From positions 17,103 through 81,102 of the IMG/VR virus record IMGVR_UViG_2933814219_000003: a stretch of DNA of 64,000 nt; one strand, 5' to 3'. Below, in pieces: positions 53,815 through 64,000 of the stretch. Numbering within the stretch: position 1 is the first letter of the stretch; each line of letters begins with the position of its first letter. Source of the DNA: a virus. Taxonomy: Duplodnaviria > Caudoviricetes. The notes under the pieces were generated by a model. The model was given only the letters and a program-made list of their open reading frames with translations. It was not told where the DNA came from and ran no database searches. Both the position numbers and the translations under genes were made by a program.

Positions 53815-54731
53815 GCCGCACCACCGAGCGGCCGGCGCGGGAGCTGAGTCACCTGGGAGCCGGGGAGTGCAGGGCGGTTCCGGGAAGGCAGGCCGTCACG
53901 TTCCAGCGCGGCCACCAGGTCGTGCTCAGCGTCGCCGGGGACGACGAGGGTCTGTTGGCGTCGCACACCGCGCCGGTCGATCTTCGGGGCGAGGTAGAAG
54001 TACCGCTTGCCCTTGGCCGTGGGGTGGCGGTGTTCCGGCCCGTCCTTCCACTCACCATTGCGTTCGTCCCAGCGGGAGTTCCGCTGGTCGATCAGGTAGT
54101 CCTTGCGGTACAGGTGCTCGAAGAAGTCCCGCTCCGGCACGGCGGTGAAGTGCGTCTTGTGGAAGACCGTCGGGTTGACCCCGGGGTTAGCCTCGTACTT
54201 GTCTGCCACCCTTGCCCGCGGCGAAAGCTTGGCGTTCGTCGCGACCAGCTCAGCAACCTCGGTGCGGGTCTCCTCCAGTTCCGCCGCCTGCTGTGCCGCG
54301 AGAGCGAGAGCGCCAGCGAAGGTCGTCGGGATCGAGAACTGCGAAGCGTGGCCCAGTTCAGCTTCGCGAGTGCGGTTCGCGAAGTAGATGAGTGCAGCCC
54401 TGATCTCCGGCTTGCGAGAGTCGCCGCGCATCGCGGTCAGGTAGGACGCTCTACGAGACAGCCAGTAGTTGTCGCCGATTTGACGTGTGCGGCCGAAAGC
54501 TTCCCGCTGCAGGGAAGCTTCCTGCTCAGCTGCAAGAGATCCATTCTCGGCCTCGATGACACTTCGAGCCTGTTCGACTGCGTCAGCGAAGCGCTCCCAC
54601 TTCTTGTAGCCGAGCAGGGGCATCAGCTCTCGCGCACTCCAGTACTCCACGCCGTCCTCCCGGAGGCGCCGTATGGAGTCGAAGGGTGATCCGGTCGGCT
54701 CGGGGTCGGGGGCGTCGATGAGAGTCTTCAC
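53811..54731 (-). CDS. Phage antirepressor (DinD/Bro-like N-terminus + KilA-C-like)
   Basis: SPFDSIR....EYWSARELMPLLGY.KW..F; YFA.RTREAE; IP.TFA.AL.LAA. Confidence 0.85.
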   Translation of the reverse strand: MKTLIDAPDPEPTGSPFDSIRRLREDGVEYWSARELMPLLGYKKWERFADAVEQARSVIEAENGSLAAEQEASLQREAFGRTRQIGDNYWLSRRASYLTAMRGDSRKPEIRAALIYFANRTREAELGHASQFSIPTTFAGALALAAQQAAELEETRTEVAELVATNAKLSPRARVADKYEANPGVNPTVFHKTHFTAVPERDFFEHLYRKDYLIDQRNSRWDERNGEWKDGPEHRHPTAKGKRYFYLAPKIDRRGVRRQQTLVVPGDAEHDLVAALERDGLPSRNRPALPGSQVTQLPRRPLGGAA

Positions 54732-54814
54732 GGGTTCCTCCTGGCGTGTGGTGTGCTGGAAGGTGGGGCCGTCCCGCCTGTTTGCGGCGGGCGGGACGGC
54801 CCCGAGGTTGTGAG

Positions 54815-55771
54815 TTAGGCGGCGGATGCCGCCTTGAGGGCGGTGCCGCGTTCCTTGATGAGTTCGCCGAGGCTGATCGGCGCCCCCGTGTCCGGGTGCA
54901 GCAGCGGGGTGGCGAGGGCCCTGGCCGCTTCGACCTCCCGGTACAGGGCGAGCAGCCCGTCCGGTGTGGCGTCAGGTGCGTTCGCGGCGTCGATCCAGGC
55001 GCTCGGGTCGGTCTCCTTGCCGCCGTCGCGCAGCCAGTCGAGATACGGCTTGGCGATGTCCTTCGCACCGTGCGGCTGGTTGAGGACGAGGCCGCGGAAG
55101 GAGGGGCAGCGGGACTTGATGAACCGCAGCCGGTTGTTCTCGTCCATCTCGGCGGCGACGCCGAACTCGAACTCGATGCCCTTGCGCTGCTCGGCGCGCA
55201 TGCCCTTGTTGACGGGCGACCCGTTCTCCAGGACCCAGTGCACGTAGGACCGCATGGTGACGACGACGTGCCCCGGGTACGACATGAGCGCTTCGATCAT
55301 TTCGTTCTGGAGCGGGGTGCCGTCCTTCCAGCCGGCGAACTTGTTGCCGCCGTACTTCGACTTGGCCTTCTCGACCTGGTCGAGGGTTCCGTCGGTGCCC
55401 TTCCAGAAGTGGGACAGGGAGTCGACCATCACGACTCGGTAGCCGGCTTGGGCTGCTGCGGCGAGGGCCTTCTGGAGGTCCCGCGGGTCGTACCGGTGCA
55501 TGGGCAGGGTGTCGAAGGCGACACCCAGGTCGTTGACGTAGAGGGCTGCGGCCCCGCGCTCGGTGTCGATGACCGCGAAGCGCTCCCCTTCGGCGAGGCC
55601 GCTGGCGATGGACAACCCGGTCCACGTCTTCCCGGAGCCAGACGGGCCCTGGATGGCGACGGTGGCGTTGAAGCCGTCCTTCGTGGCGGGCCGGAAGGTG
55701 AACGGGCCGTCGTCGTATTCGTCGGAGGTGGCCTGCTGGCGGCCGATGCGGGTGGGTGCGGGAAGGGTCAT
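54815..55771 (-). CDS. AAA_24/Sak4-like recombination ATPase
   Basis: GPSGSGKT, IDTERG, VDSLSHFW, EQRKGIEFEF. Confidence 0.85.
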   Translation of the reverse strand: MTLPAPTRIGRQQATSDEYDDGPFTFRPATKDGFNATVAIQGPSGSGKTWTGLSIASGLAEGERFAVIDTERGAAALYVNDLGVAFDTLPMHRYDPRDLQKALAAAAQAGYRVVMVDSLSHFWKGTDGTLDQVEKAKSKYGGNKFAGWKDGTPLQNEMIEALMSYPGHVVVTMRSYVHWVLENGSPVNKGMRAEQRKGIEFEFGVAAEMDENNRLRFIKSRCPSFRGLVLNQPHGAKDIAKPYLDWLRDGGKETDPSAWIDAANAPDATPDGLLALYREVEAARALATPLLHPDTGAPISLGELIKERGTALKAASAA

Positions 55772-55780
55772 GGTGTGCTC

Positions 55781-56608
55781 CTAGGCGTACTGGCGGTCGA
55801 GCCAGGCGGGCGGCGAGATGTACGCGACGTCGGTGGTGTAGCCGGGCCATTGGCCGGTCGTGCGGCAGTGGTCGTAGAGGAAAAGGGCCTGCTCGCTGAC
55901 CTGGTGGCCGATGTGCCGCCACAGGTCGAGGCGGGCCACCGTGACGAGGTACGGCGGTTCCTTCTCCTGGAAGATGAAGTGGAACGGGGTATCCCGCGGG
56001 AGGACCCCAAGGGCAGCGGCACCACGCCGGTACCAGTCGTCCTGGACGTGATAGCCGTGCTCCGCGACCGCCTTCTCGATGGCGTCGGGGTGGGCGGAGC
56101 GGGCCGTCTTGTAGTCGACGATTCCGTCCTCGCGGAGCCAGTCGATGCGGCTGCGGCACCACACGTTGCCGGCCTGCCAGAACATGGACTGCTCTGCGAT
56201 CCCGCTGTCGGGGTGCAGCAGGTCCGCGGCGTGCGAGTCGTTGGTGAGCTCGGTGGCCATGTCGTGGACGCGTTGCAGATCGGGCTTCTTGAGCGGGATG
56301 TTCCCGGCCTCGCGGATCTTGACGATGCGGGCCTTGATCTCGTTGGTGTCCCACCGGGCCGCGTCGACGAGGACCAGTTCAGGGCCGTCGCCGAGAACCA
56401 GCTTGTGGGCGGCGGTACCGAAGTCGAAGGCCTGCTTGTACGGCTCCGGGTGGTCCAGGCTGTAGCGGAACTTCGCCGGCGCCTTCACGAGCGTGCGGGC
56501 GCCTGTGGACGAGAGGCTGCCGCCGGGGATCGGGTCGCCGTGGTACATCTCGGCGGGGATGTTGTAGACCCCGGGGATGACCTCGGCCTCCTCGACGGTG
56601 ACGGTCAC
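55781..56608 (-). CDS. RecE/exonuclease VIII-like PD-(D/E)XK nuclease
   Basis: YH....LSST, GTAAH, R.RIDW...IVDYKT, YHVQ..WY, EKEPPY. Confidence 0.88.
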   Translation of the reverse strand: MTVTVEEAEVIPGVYNIPAEMYHGDPIPGGSLSSTGARTLVKAPAKFRYSLDHPEPYKQAFDFGTAAHKLVLGDGPELVLVDAARWDTNEIKARIVKIREAGNIPLKKPDLQRVHDMATELTNDSHAADLLHPDSGIAEQSMFWQAGNVWCRSRIDWLREDGIVDYKTARSAHPDAIEKAVAEHGYHVQDDWYRRGAAALGVLPRDTPFHFIFQEKEPPYLVTVARLDLWRHIGHQVSEQALFLYDHCRTTGQWPGYTTDVAYISPPAWLDRQYA

Positions 56609-59600
56609 CGGGCGCCGTCCTGGTCTTTGAGGCAGTCTTCGCAGACGGGGCCTTCGGGTTCGCGGCTGAAGGGGCCGTTGGTGTCGTCGCAGCGGACGCA
56701 GGCGATCGGGGACATCAGGCGCCGCTCGCGATCTGCTGGAGCTTGGCGATGCCACCGATGTCGTTCTTCGCGGTGAGCATCGCGGCGACGAGCTCGGGGA
56801 AGCCCAGGCGGAGCTTCTCAACGTTCGCCATGTCGGCGGCGTCGATGGCTTCCATGAGGCTCTGTGTGCCGCGGCCGGGCCGGATGCCTCCGTCGCGGCT
56901 GTAGTGCCACAGGACGTGGCGGGCGGTGTCGTCGGTGATGACGGGGGTCTGGGTACTCATGTGCTTCTCCGGTTCGGTTCGGGGTTGCTGCGGGCCGCCG
57001 GTGGGGTTGGCGGCCCGCAGCGGGCAGACGGAGCCGGGCTCGGACGCCTGCCGGAAGGTGGGTCAGGTGGTGCTGGCGGCGGCCCGGTCGAAGCTGCAGG
57101 GACCGCAGTTCTTCACGTGGCAGTCCTGCTTGGCGGCGTGCGCCGCGTCCATGGCGGCGGACTGCAGGTCGTTGATGAACTCGTGCAGGCGGGCGACGGG
57201 GATGTAGCAGCCGTCGGGGGTCGTCTGCACCCAGACCGTGGGTTCGTCTCGCTGGATCGGCTGGGCGGCGGCAACGTCGCCGTCGTTGTCCGTGTAGCCG
57301 TAGGTGTTGTCCATGGGGTCCTCCTGGGATGATGGGGTTGGGTGCCCCCGCCGCTTGCCTCGGCGGGGGCGTCCGTATGAGGCGAGTCAGGTGACGTCGG
57401 GGTGGGCGTTGAGGAAGATCCCAGGCGACTGGACCAAGGCGTCCCGGACGACCCCGCCATCGGTGTCGGCCCTGATGTCGTCGACGGGGCGGGTCCAGTC
57501 GGTGATGTCGCGGATCGCCCACGCGGCGTCGTCGGCGTCGCCGAGGTACTCGAACTTCGCGATCTGGTAGCCGGAGTGGTGGCCGAGCCGCCACACGTAC
57601 CGGTCACCCTTCTTGAGGAGCTCGTCGGGCTGCCGGTAGACGAACAGGCCGGGCTGGGGCTCGATGGCCTGGACGAGGACGGGTGTTGCGTGCTGGCGGG
57701 CGATGACCTCGTGGGTCACGACCTCCTGCGCGGTGGTGGATTCCATGGCGTCCTTCTCTGGGTGTTGGGCGCCGGGCCGGGGGCCGGTGGCATCCGCCGG
57801 CCCGGCGGGTCTCAGGCGGCGGGCAGGTGCGCCGGGTCGGTACTGCCCTCGGTGTGGACCACGGGGCCGATACCGAAGGCCTCCCGCAGGGTGGTGACTT
57901 TGATCGGGGCGGTCGCTTGGTCCTCGACCGCCGTGGTGTCGCGCTCGGCCGGCGGGACAGTGATCGCGTTCGCGTTCGCCTCCGCAGCGAGGTACGGGGC
58001 GAGGAGAGAGCACGCAGTGGTCAGTTCACGCTGCGCCCCGTCTCGCTCGGATCGCGCCGCGTTCCGCTGCTCCGTCACCTTCAGAGCCGTGTCCGCGAGG
58101 CAGTCGTTGACCAGTTCGAGCTGGGCGATGTACTCCATGGCACCGGCTACCTGGCGGAGGAGCAGCTGGTTCTCGGTCGGCCCGTGGACCTTCTTGCGGC
58201 CAAAGGCCCGGTGCTTCGGCTTGCTGCGGGATATACCGGGGATGAGGCTCATGACTTGCCCTTCCAGGTGAGGTTGGGGGCCACCGCCATCAGGCCGAAG
58301 ATGACGCCGATGGCGGTGGCGGTGACGTTCACGAGGCGGTGTCGCGGAGGAGCCGGCTGAACCCGTCGAGCGGGCTGGGTGCGAGTGCGGCCCAGATGCT
58401 GTTCAGCTCGTGGGCGGTCGGCTCCGGCCCGGGGATGGAGCACCCGGCGGGGAGGGTGACGTACCCGGAGCTGACGCTGTCCGCGTAGTCCCGCTCCGCC
58501 TTCAAGTCCCGCGGCCGGTTGAGGTGCAACGACCGGACGAGGGTGTCGGCGACGGCACCAGTGATGACGGGCGGGGCGTCGTTGCACAGGAGGTGGGAGA
58601 CGGCCACCGTCTCCGTGCGGGGAGTCATGCCGCAGTCCGCTGGAACGGGACGCCGACGAACCGGTGACCGTCCTCCGCGGCAACCTCGTCGGCCACCTCG
58701 GCCGCCCGGTAGCGGTCCCGCTGCTGGTCCGCCAGATCGGTGGCCACGTCGGCGAGCCGGTCGAGCTGGTCGAGGGACGCGTCGGTGACGTCGACCCGCA
58801 GGTTCTGGCCGAGCCGGAGGAACGTCCGGCCGTCCGCGGTCTCCAGGTCGATCGGGCGGTCGCCCCACGACAGCGTGATGGTGGTCATCGGGTCCTCCGG
58901 GTGTTCTCACTGCGGGCGATGAGCACTGCGACCTGCGCAGGCCACTCGGGGTAGTCGTCGTCCGTGGCGCACGCCTCGGGGTGGGTCAGGAGGAACAGGT
59001 CGTTCGCGTAGGCGATCCGGTCCGACGGGGAGTTCGTCCTCGCCAGGGCCCTACGCGTCGTCTCGCACGCGGTCTGGAGCTCCACGTCGGCGAGCGGCAC
59101 GTCCACGCGGGACAGGTCGGCGGCAGTCACGACGCCACCTGCTTCACGTCGACGTGGGAAAGGTGGATGCCGCCCGCGTAGCCCTCGACCGACACCACAG
59201 GCGAGCCATCGCCGAGGATCCAAGCCGGGGTACGGGTGACCGTGTCGAGTTCCTTGAAGAAGTGCTCGTTCACGCCCGGCCGCGTCAGCGGGTACGCCAT
59301 GACCGGCGTGGAGATCGGGTAGCGGGCGTTGAACTCGTCGGCCTGCTTCTGGCCCTTACGCTTCGCCGCTTCGAGGCGGGCCTGATAGCGAGTCACGACG
59401 CCACCTCGCCGGTGAGCGTGCGCAGCCTCTCCAGCGCGGCCTCGTCGGCGTCGTCGAACTCGTCGCCCCGCGAAGCCATCTGGTCGGCGGCCAGCTCCAA
59501 AGCAAAGGCGAGGAACTGCTGCTCGGCCTTGCTGAGCTCGATGACCGGGGCCGACCCCTTCGACAGCGCGAGGTTTGCCCCAGTCAGGTCGCCGGACAGG

Positions 59601-60627
59601 CGGTCGCTCTCGGCCGGCAGCCGGTCCGCCTCGGTTGCCTCGGGCAGCACGGACGCAACAGCCCGGGCCTGCCAGGCGTGGAGCGGCTCCCGGTAGTCAT
59701 CGCCGCGCGGGGTGATCGCACCCGGATCCGAGATCGCGAACCCGACCCGGCGGTTCAACGGCAGGCTCATCAGCGGACCGCCGGAGAGGGTCACGTTGCG
59801 GGCAGCCATGCGGGCACGGAGGTCCGCGAGACGCTGCGTGCGCTGCTCTCGCGTCATCGGGGTGCTCATGCCGCCACCGCCTTACCGGCCGCGTCGTACT
59901 GGTCGATCGCCCACGACGCCGCGTGGCACTGGTAGACGAAGTGGTACGAGACCTTGTCGACGTCCCACTCGGCCAGGTCATCGAAGTCGAACCCGGCCGT
60001 CTGCAGGATCTCCACCACGTGCTCGTCACCCAGGACGTTCAGGTTGTGGTCAAGGGACCGCCACGTCAGGGCCGCCCCGTAGGAGTCACGCTCCACCGAC
60101 TTGCCGCACGCGCACCTGGCCTCGTACCGCACGCCGTGCTCGAACCCGCTGAGAAGCTGGAACGCGGTGTCCTTGAACTCCAGCAAGGAGCTTTCGAGGA
60201 CCCCCTTACGGACCGCGTCCTTCAAGCCCTCCGGGGCCCAGTCGTCCTCGATCGCCTCGGCGACCCGCTCGTTGATCTGGGCGACCATGCGGTCCCGGTC
60301 GTACTCCTCGACCGAGGACCGGCCGTTGACCAGCTTCGACGCCCAACGGTCCGGCTCGACCCGGATACCGCGCAGCCAAGCGAACATGTCCTCGGTGTCC
60401 GGGCCGAACCGCTCGAAGTGGAACGACCCGTGCGACCCTGCAACCAGCAGGTTGTACGGCCACGTCACCAGGATCAGGTGACTCATCGACTTCGGGGCCG
60501 CGAACTCGACGTGCCGGTACAGCCCGTCCTCGCGCAACGTCTTCAACGTCGCCTCGGCGAAGTCGCTCTTGAAGTGATCGGAAGCCTTCGTGTCACCCGC
60601 AGCAGCAGGTGTGGGATTCTGGGGCAC
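56605..60627 (-). other. Early-operon cluster of small phage ORFs (56605-56715, 56715-56960, 57063-57314, 57387-57746, 57812-58252, 58329-58628, 58625-58888, 58885-59130, 59127-59396, 59393-59869, 59866-60627)
   Basis: Overlapping start/stop codons, RBS motifs, intergenic hairpins. Confidence 0.7.
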
Positions 60628-60714
60628 AGGGCCCGCCTTTCGTCATGAACGGTGAGGGTGGGTCTCAGAGGTCGTCCCCGGGCTTGGTCGTTACGGGGGC
60701 GGCCTCACAGCTGC

Positions 60715-61023
60715 TCAGCCCGTAGGAGCGAGCGCGCTCTCGGAATGCAGTCGGGGCCGGCGGGGCAGCTTGCGGGGCTCCGGCGGCCGGCTGTCACGCT
60801 CGGCGGTCGCGTCGGGGGCGGGGTTGCGCTGCGCGGCGACCCAGGCATTGACGTCGTCGATGTCGTAGGCGATCTTCCGGCCGATCGGGAACGACTTCGG
60901 ACCCTTGTCCTGGTGCCGGTAGTTGTAGAGCGTCTTCACGCTCAGCCCGGTAAGCCGGGACGCTTCCGCGATCCAGACGCATCCGGGCGGCGCGTCCTGT
61001 GGCTTGTGGCTGGACCTCGGCAT
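60715..61023 (-). CDS. AlpA/excisionase-like HTH protein
   Basis: EASRLTGLSVKTLYNYR...GP....GRKIAY..DDV.AW. Confidence 0.85.
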   Translation of the reverse strand: MPRSSHKPQDAPPGCVWIAEASRLTGLSVKTLYNYRHQDKGPKSFPIGRKIAYDIDDVNAWVAAQRNPAPDATAERDSRPPEPRKLPRRPRLHSESALAPTG

Positions 61024-61056
61024 TCGATGACTCCTTCCAGTTAGGCTTGCCTTATT

Positions 61057-61455
61057 GACGATTCGTCCCTAGATCGGGGACGACGGGGGCATGAAGAGAA
61101 CCAGGACGGCGACCCCGAGGGCCTCCGATATGCGGTGCGCTTCATGGACGGGCAGGTCAGGCAGGTCGCCGCTCACGAGGCGACCAATTTGGGACCGGGA
61201 TACGCCACTAGCTTCGGCGAGGGTTCGCACGGAGTACGGAGCCCCGCGACCTGGGTGTTCCATGACCCATTTGAGGATTGCGAGGTCTCTGAGTTCATAG
61301 CGCACGCTCAATGGATCTCCAGTGTTGCGGCGGTGCCCTTCACTGCCCTTGAGTTAAGTGCATCAGGGACGATTCGTCAACAGACTGGGGACGATTGGGC
61401 CCCGACTATCGGCCGGACGCGTGGCTGGATAACATTGATCTATGGACGATCCGTC
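61057..61455. promoter_or_regulatory. Immunity-region operators GACGATTCGTC
   Basis: Perfect copies at 61057 and 61368; variants GACGATTGGGC 61390 and GACGATCCGTC 61445. Confidence 0.75.
61069..61311 (-). CDS. Cro-like XRE HTH protein
   Basis: SVRTLAEASGVSRSQIGRL..A.RI.EALGV; divergent from the repressor. Confidence 0.85.
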   Translation of the reverse strand: MSVRYELRDLAILKWVMEHPGRGAPYSVRTLAEASGVSRSQIGRLVSGDLPDLPVHEAHRISEALGVAVLVLFMPPSSPI

Positions 61456-61557
61456 CCAGATCCAGGATGGTTGTGCTGACTGACCTGCATTTTTCTCAGA
61501 GCCCCACGCCACCTAGAGAGACAGTCGGTGCCTGACGTGACACGAAAGGAAGACGAC

Positions 61558-61989
61558 ATGACGGCCGCAGCAACCGCCGAGGAGCCCCGCCCCACCGAGG
61601 CCCCACCCGCAGGCGCACTGTCGCGGCTCATCCAGGAAGTCCAGGAAGGAGGCATCTCCTACGGAGAAATGGCCACCAAAGCCATCGACCCGGAGACCGG
61701 CACCAGCCTGGCCAAGCAAGCGATCCAGAAGCTCGTCAAGACCCCGCCCGTCAACCCGCCGCTCCCTCCCGCACTGCGGGCCCTCGCCAACGGCACAGGC
61801 CTACCCCTGCGCCGCATCGCCGAGGCCGCGGCCGAGCAGTGGCTCGGATACCAAGCCACCGAACTGGCCGGCTACGGCGACGAAGTGCGCATCATCCTGA
61901 GCCACCTGGGCGGCATGTCCCCACAGGAACAACGCCGCTGGCGCGCCATGATCGAGGCAGACGAGCGAGCCAAGCGCGAGGGCCCCTGA
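61558..61989 (+). CDS. Putative immunity repressor (XRE-like)
   Basis: Divergent from Cro-like gene; SYGEMA..LRALANG.GLP. Confidence 0.7.
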   Translation: MTAAATAEEPRPTEAPPAGALSRLIQEVQEGGISYGEMATKAIDPETGTSLAKQAIQKLVKTPPVNPPLPPALRALANGTGLPLRRIAEAAAEQWLGYQATELAGYGDEVRIILSHLGGMSPQEQRRWRAMIEADERAKREGP

Positions 61990-62141
61990 CGGCCTCACCG
62001 CCTGCCCGTCTGGCGGTCAGAAAGACGCGGCAAGCAGACAGTTTCTGAACTTATTGTCGACCACCCGTAACTAGTCGTACCCTTCCACAACGTGCGCATT
62101 CGGCTAACCCGCCACATGCGCACCGGCCAACGGGAGAGCCC

Positions 62142-62585
62142 ATGCTGCGCGCTGTATATCAAGCTGCCGACCTCGAACCAGGGGTCATCTCCAACTGGCG
62201 CGAAGACCGCGGTCTCCTACAGATCGACGTCGCACGCAACGCCACACCCCAGCAGTACACACGATCACTCAACCGCACCCTCGTGGACGTCCTGGACCAG
62301 GCGCACTGGTACCAGGTCTGGAGAGGCGAAGTCATTTCCGTCGCGTCCCCCGCCAACCCGCTGCGCGTACAGTTCCAGATCTCCGACTTCAACCCCGCCC
62401 CCCTGGTGGAGATACGCGAGCGCAAGGGCCTCGTCACCGTTCACGTATCCCCCACGGCCACCGCCGACGAGTTCGCCCAAGCCCTCAACCCCGCACTGGA
62501 GGAGCTCCTCGCCGGCGGGCAGTGGTTCCAGCTCTGGCAGGGGGAGATCATCACCGCGACCACCGGCGAAGTCGCGTTCGCCTAG
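62142..62585 (+). CDS. Hypothetical protein with duplicated domain
   Basis: ERG/RKG..LN..L...W(Y/F)Q.W.GE.I occurs twice; GGGAG RBS. Confidence 0.7.
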   Translation: MLRAVYQAADLEPGVISNWREDRGLLQIDVARNATPQQYTRSLNRTLVDVLDQAHWYQVWRGEVISVASPANPLRVQFQISDFNPAPLVEIRERKGLVTVHVSPTATADEFAQALNPALEELLAGGQWFQLWQGEIITATTGEVAFA

Positions 62586-62605
62586 ACGGCCCAGGAAGGC
62601 ACAGG

Positions 62606-64000
62606 ATGCCGGGATACATCGAGGACCGCTGGTACACGAAGCGGCCCGACCCTGCGACCGGCAAACGGCGCGAGACGGCCCGGCACGGGCAGGGCAAGCG
62701 CTGGCGTGTCGCAGGGGTACCCGGCGTCCGCGACAGGTCGTTCAAGAACCTGGAAGGGCCCGGCGGGGCCAAAGCCTGGCTGAAGGAAGCCGCCACCGAC
62801 ACCACCCGCGGTGCCTTCTACGACCCGCGCGACGGGGCGATGCCCCTGGACGAGTACGTGCGTGAGCACTGGTGGCCCACCCTGCGCCGGTCTCCTACGA
62901 CCAAGCAGTCCATGCGGTCCAGGATCTTCAACCACGTTCTGCCGCACATGGGCGCCATGCCCCTGAACAGGATCGGCCACGACGAGATCAAGCAGTGGGT
63001 CACACTGCTTGAACTGAAGAAGCTCGACCCCACCACGATCCGGGCGACGTGGTCCCACTTCTCATCGATCCTCCAGGCCGCCCACAAAGCCAAGCGGATC
63101 CCCGAGAACCCCTTCAGGGACCCGGACTTGAAGGCGCCCACCCAGCCGAAGTCGCGAGCCAAGGCATGGCCCATCGAAACTGTCGCAGCCGTTCGCCGTC
63201 ACCTTGATGTCCGATACCAGATCCTGCTGGACGTGGGGTTCTGCGCCGGCCTGCGCCAGGGTGAGGCGTTCGCGCTGTCTCCCGACGACGCAGAGATCAC
63301 CGGGGGCGAGGACGACGTTATTCAGGTGCAGCGGCAGATTGTGCGCGTCAGCGGCAAGCTCGCATTTTCGCCTCCCAAGGGAAACAAGACCCGTGAAGCC
63401 CCCTGCCCGCCGGAGTTGGGGCGTGCCCTGCTGAGGCACGAGAAGCGCTTCCCTGCCGTGGCGGTCACGCTGCCCTGGATCGACCCGGACAGGCCCGGCC
63501 TCGCCTGGGAGGATCGGCCTCTGAAGACGGTCCGGCTGTACGTGGTATCGCCAGCCTCGAAGAGTGCCCTGTACCGCGACGCCTTCAATGAGTTCTTCTG
63601 GAAGCCGGCCCTGGCCGATGCCGGTCTCATCCCGCAGCCGGTGGTGGAGCGCGTCACAGGCAAGGGGAAGCGCCCGTGGCGCCGGAAGGTCTGGGTGATG
63701 CGGCGGGAGGACGGCTTCCATGTGCTGCGCCATACATTCGCGAGTGTGGTGCTCCACGAGGGGGAGACGGTAGGCCGCCTTGCGGAGTGGCTTGGGCATG
63801 CCGACCCGGCGTTCACGTTGCGGACCTACGTGCACTTCATGCCGCGGTCAGGGAAGCGGGCTGTGGCGACTCTGGGGCGCCTCCTGCATACTGCGATGGA
63901 GGGCGAGGTACCTGTGACCGCGGCTCGTGGCGAGTCCGCCACCGATCCTGTGCCGCTCTCCCCAGATTCTCCCCAGAGCCCCGACGAGCACGCGGCCTGA
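62606..64000 (+). CDS. int: Tyrosine integrase
   Basis: GLRQGE (R), FHVLRH (HxxR), LGH, TY catalytic residues. Confidence 0.95.
   Translation: MPGYIEDRWYTKRPDPATGKRRETARHGQGKRWRVAGVPGVRDRSFKNLEGPGGAKAWLKEAATDTTRGAFYDPRDGAMPLDEYVREHWWPTLRRSPTTKQSMRSRIFNHVLPHMGAMPLNRIGHDEIKQWVTLLELKKLDPTTIRATWSHFSSILQAAHKAKRIPENPFRDPDLKAPTQPKSRAKAWPIETVAAVRRHLDVRYQILLDVGFCAGLRQGEAFALSPDDAEITGGEDDVIQVQRQIVRVSGKLAFSPPKGNKTREAPCPPELGRALLRHEKRFPAVAVTLPWIDPDRPGLAWEDRPLKTVRLYVVSPASKSALYRDAFNEFFWKPALADAGLIPQPVVERVTGKGKRPWRRKVWVMRREDGFHVLRHTFASVVLHEGETVGRLAEWLGHADPAFTLRTYVHFMPRSGKRAVATLGRLLHTAMEGEVPVTAARGESATDPVPLSPDSPQSPDEHAA
63957..63977 (+). repeat. Tandem TCTCCCCAGA repeats, candidate integrase arm-type sites
   Basis: Two exact 10-mers (63957, 63968) at the 3' end of int. 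Confidence 0.5.

Larger units (their letters stand above)
1..64000. mobile_element. Temperate siphovirus-like prophage of a Streptomyces-like host (both ends extend beyond the window)
   Basis: Canonical order integrase-repressor-recombination-replication-terminase-portal-capsid-tail-tape measure; high GC; WhiB gene. Confidence 0.95.

Noticed and set aside
54746-56776. Long antisense or alternative-frame ORFs (e.g. 676 aa here; also 47390-49003, 10446-11918, 43125-44627)
   Set aside because: Shadow ORFs of high-GC coding strands; they overlap well-supported genes and lack motifs.

Overview
This window of high-GC actinomycete (Streptomyces-like) DNA is almost entirely one temperate, siphovirus-type prophage, read mostly on the minus strand. 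From right to left it holds: a tyrosine integrase ending at the last base; an immunity switch (repressor, Cro-like, Xis-like); recombination genes (RecE-like exonuclease, AAA_24/Sak4-like ATPase); an antirepressor and a WhiB-family regulator; replication genes (initiator, DnaC-like loader, DnaB); a PAPS-reductase-family protein; many small early genes; packaging, head and tail genes (with a -1 frameshifted tail chaperone and a tape measure carrying an NlpC/P60-like domain); and a convergent glycosyltransferase operon at the left edge. No lysis genes or att core are visible, so both probably lie outside the window. The most striking feature is an 11-13 kb block (about 27.7-39 kb) resembling a Streptomyces plasmid/AICE conjugation module: a TraB-like FtsK/SpoIIIE translocase, Spd-like membrane proteins, a KorSA-like GntR repressor with four operators, a candidate clt and a second Rep-like gene. 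It has no integrase or RepSA of its own, which suggests a phage that can also spread by TraB-type conjugation. Inside the block, two 51-60 nt tRNA-like elements (acceptor stem plus T-arm, no D-arm) follow a pair of small ORFs with the same N-terminus. Several self-contained repressor/operator switches (RHH, GntR, orphan Phd) also divide the genome. All family calls come from motif recognition by eye; no database searches were run.
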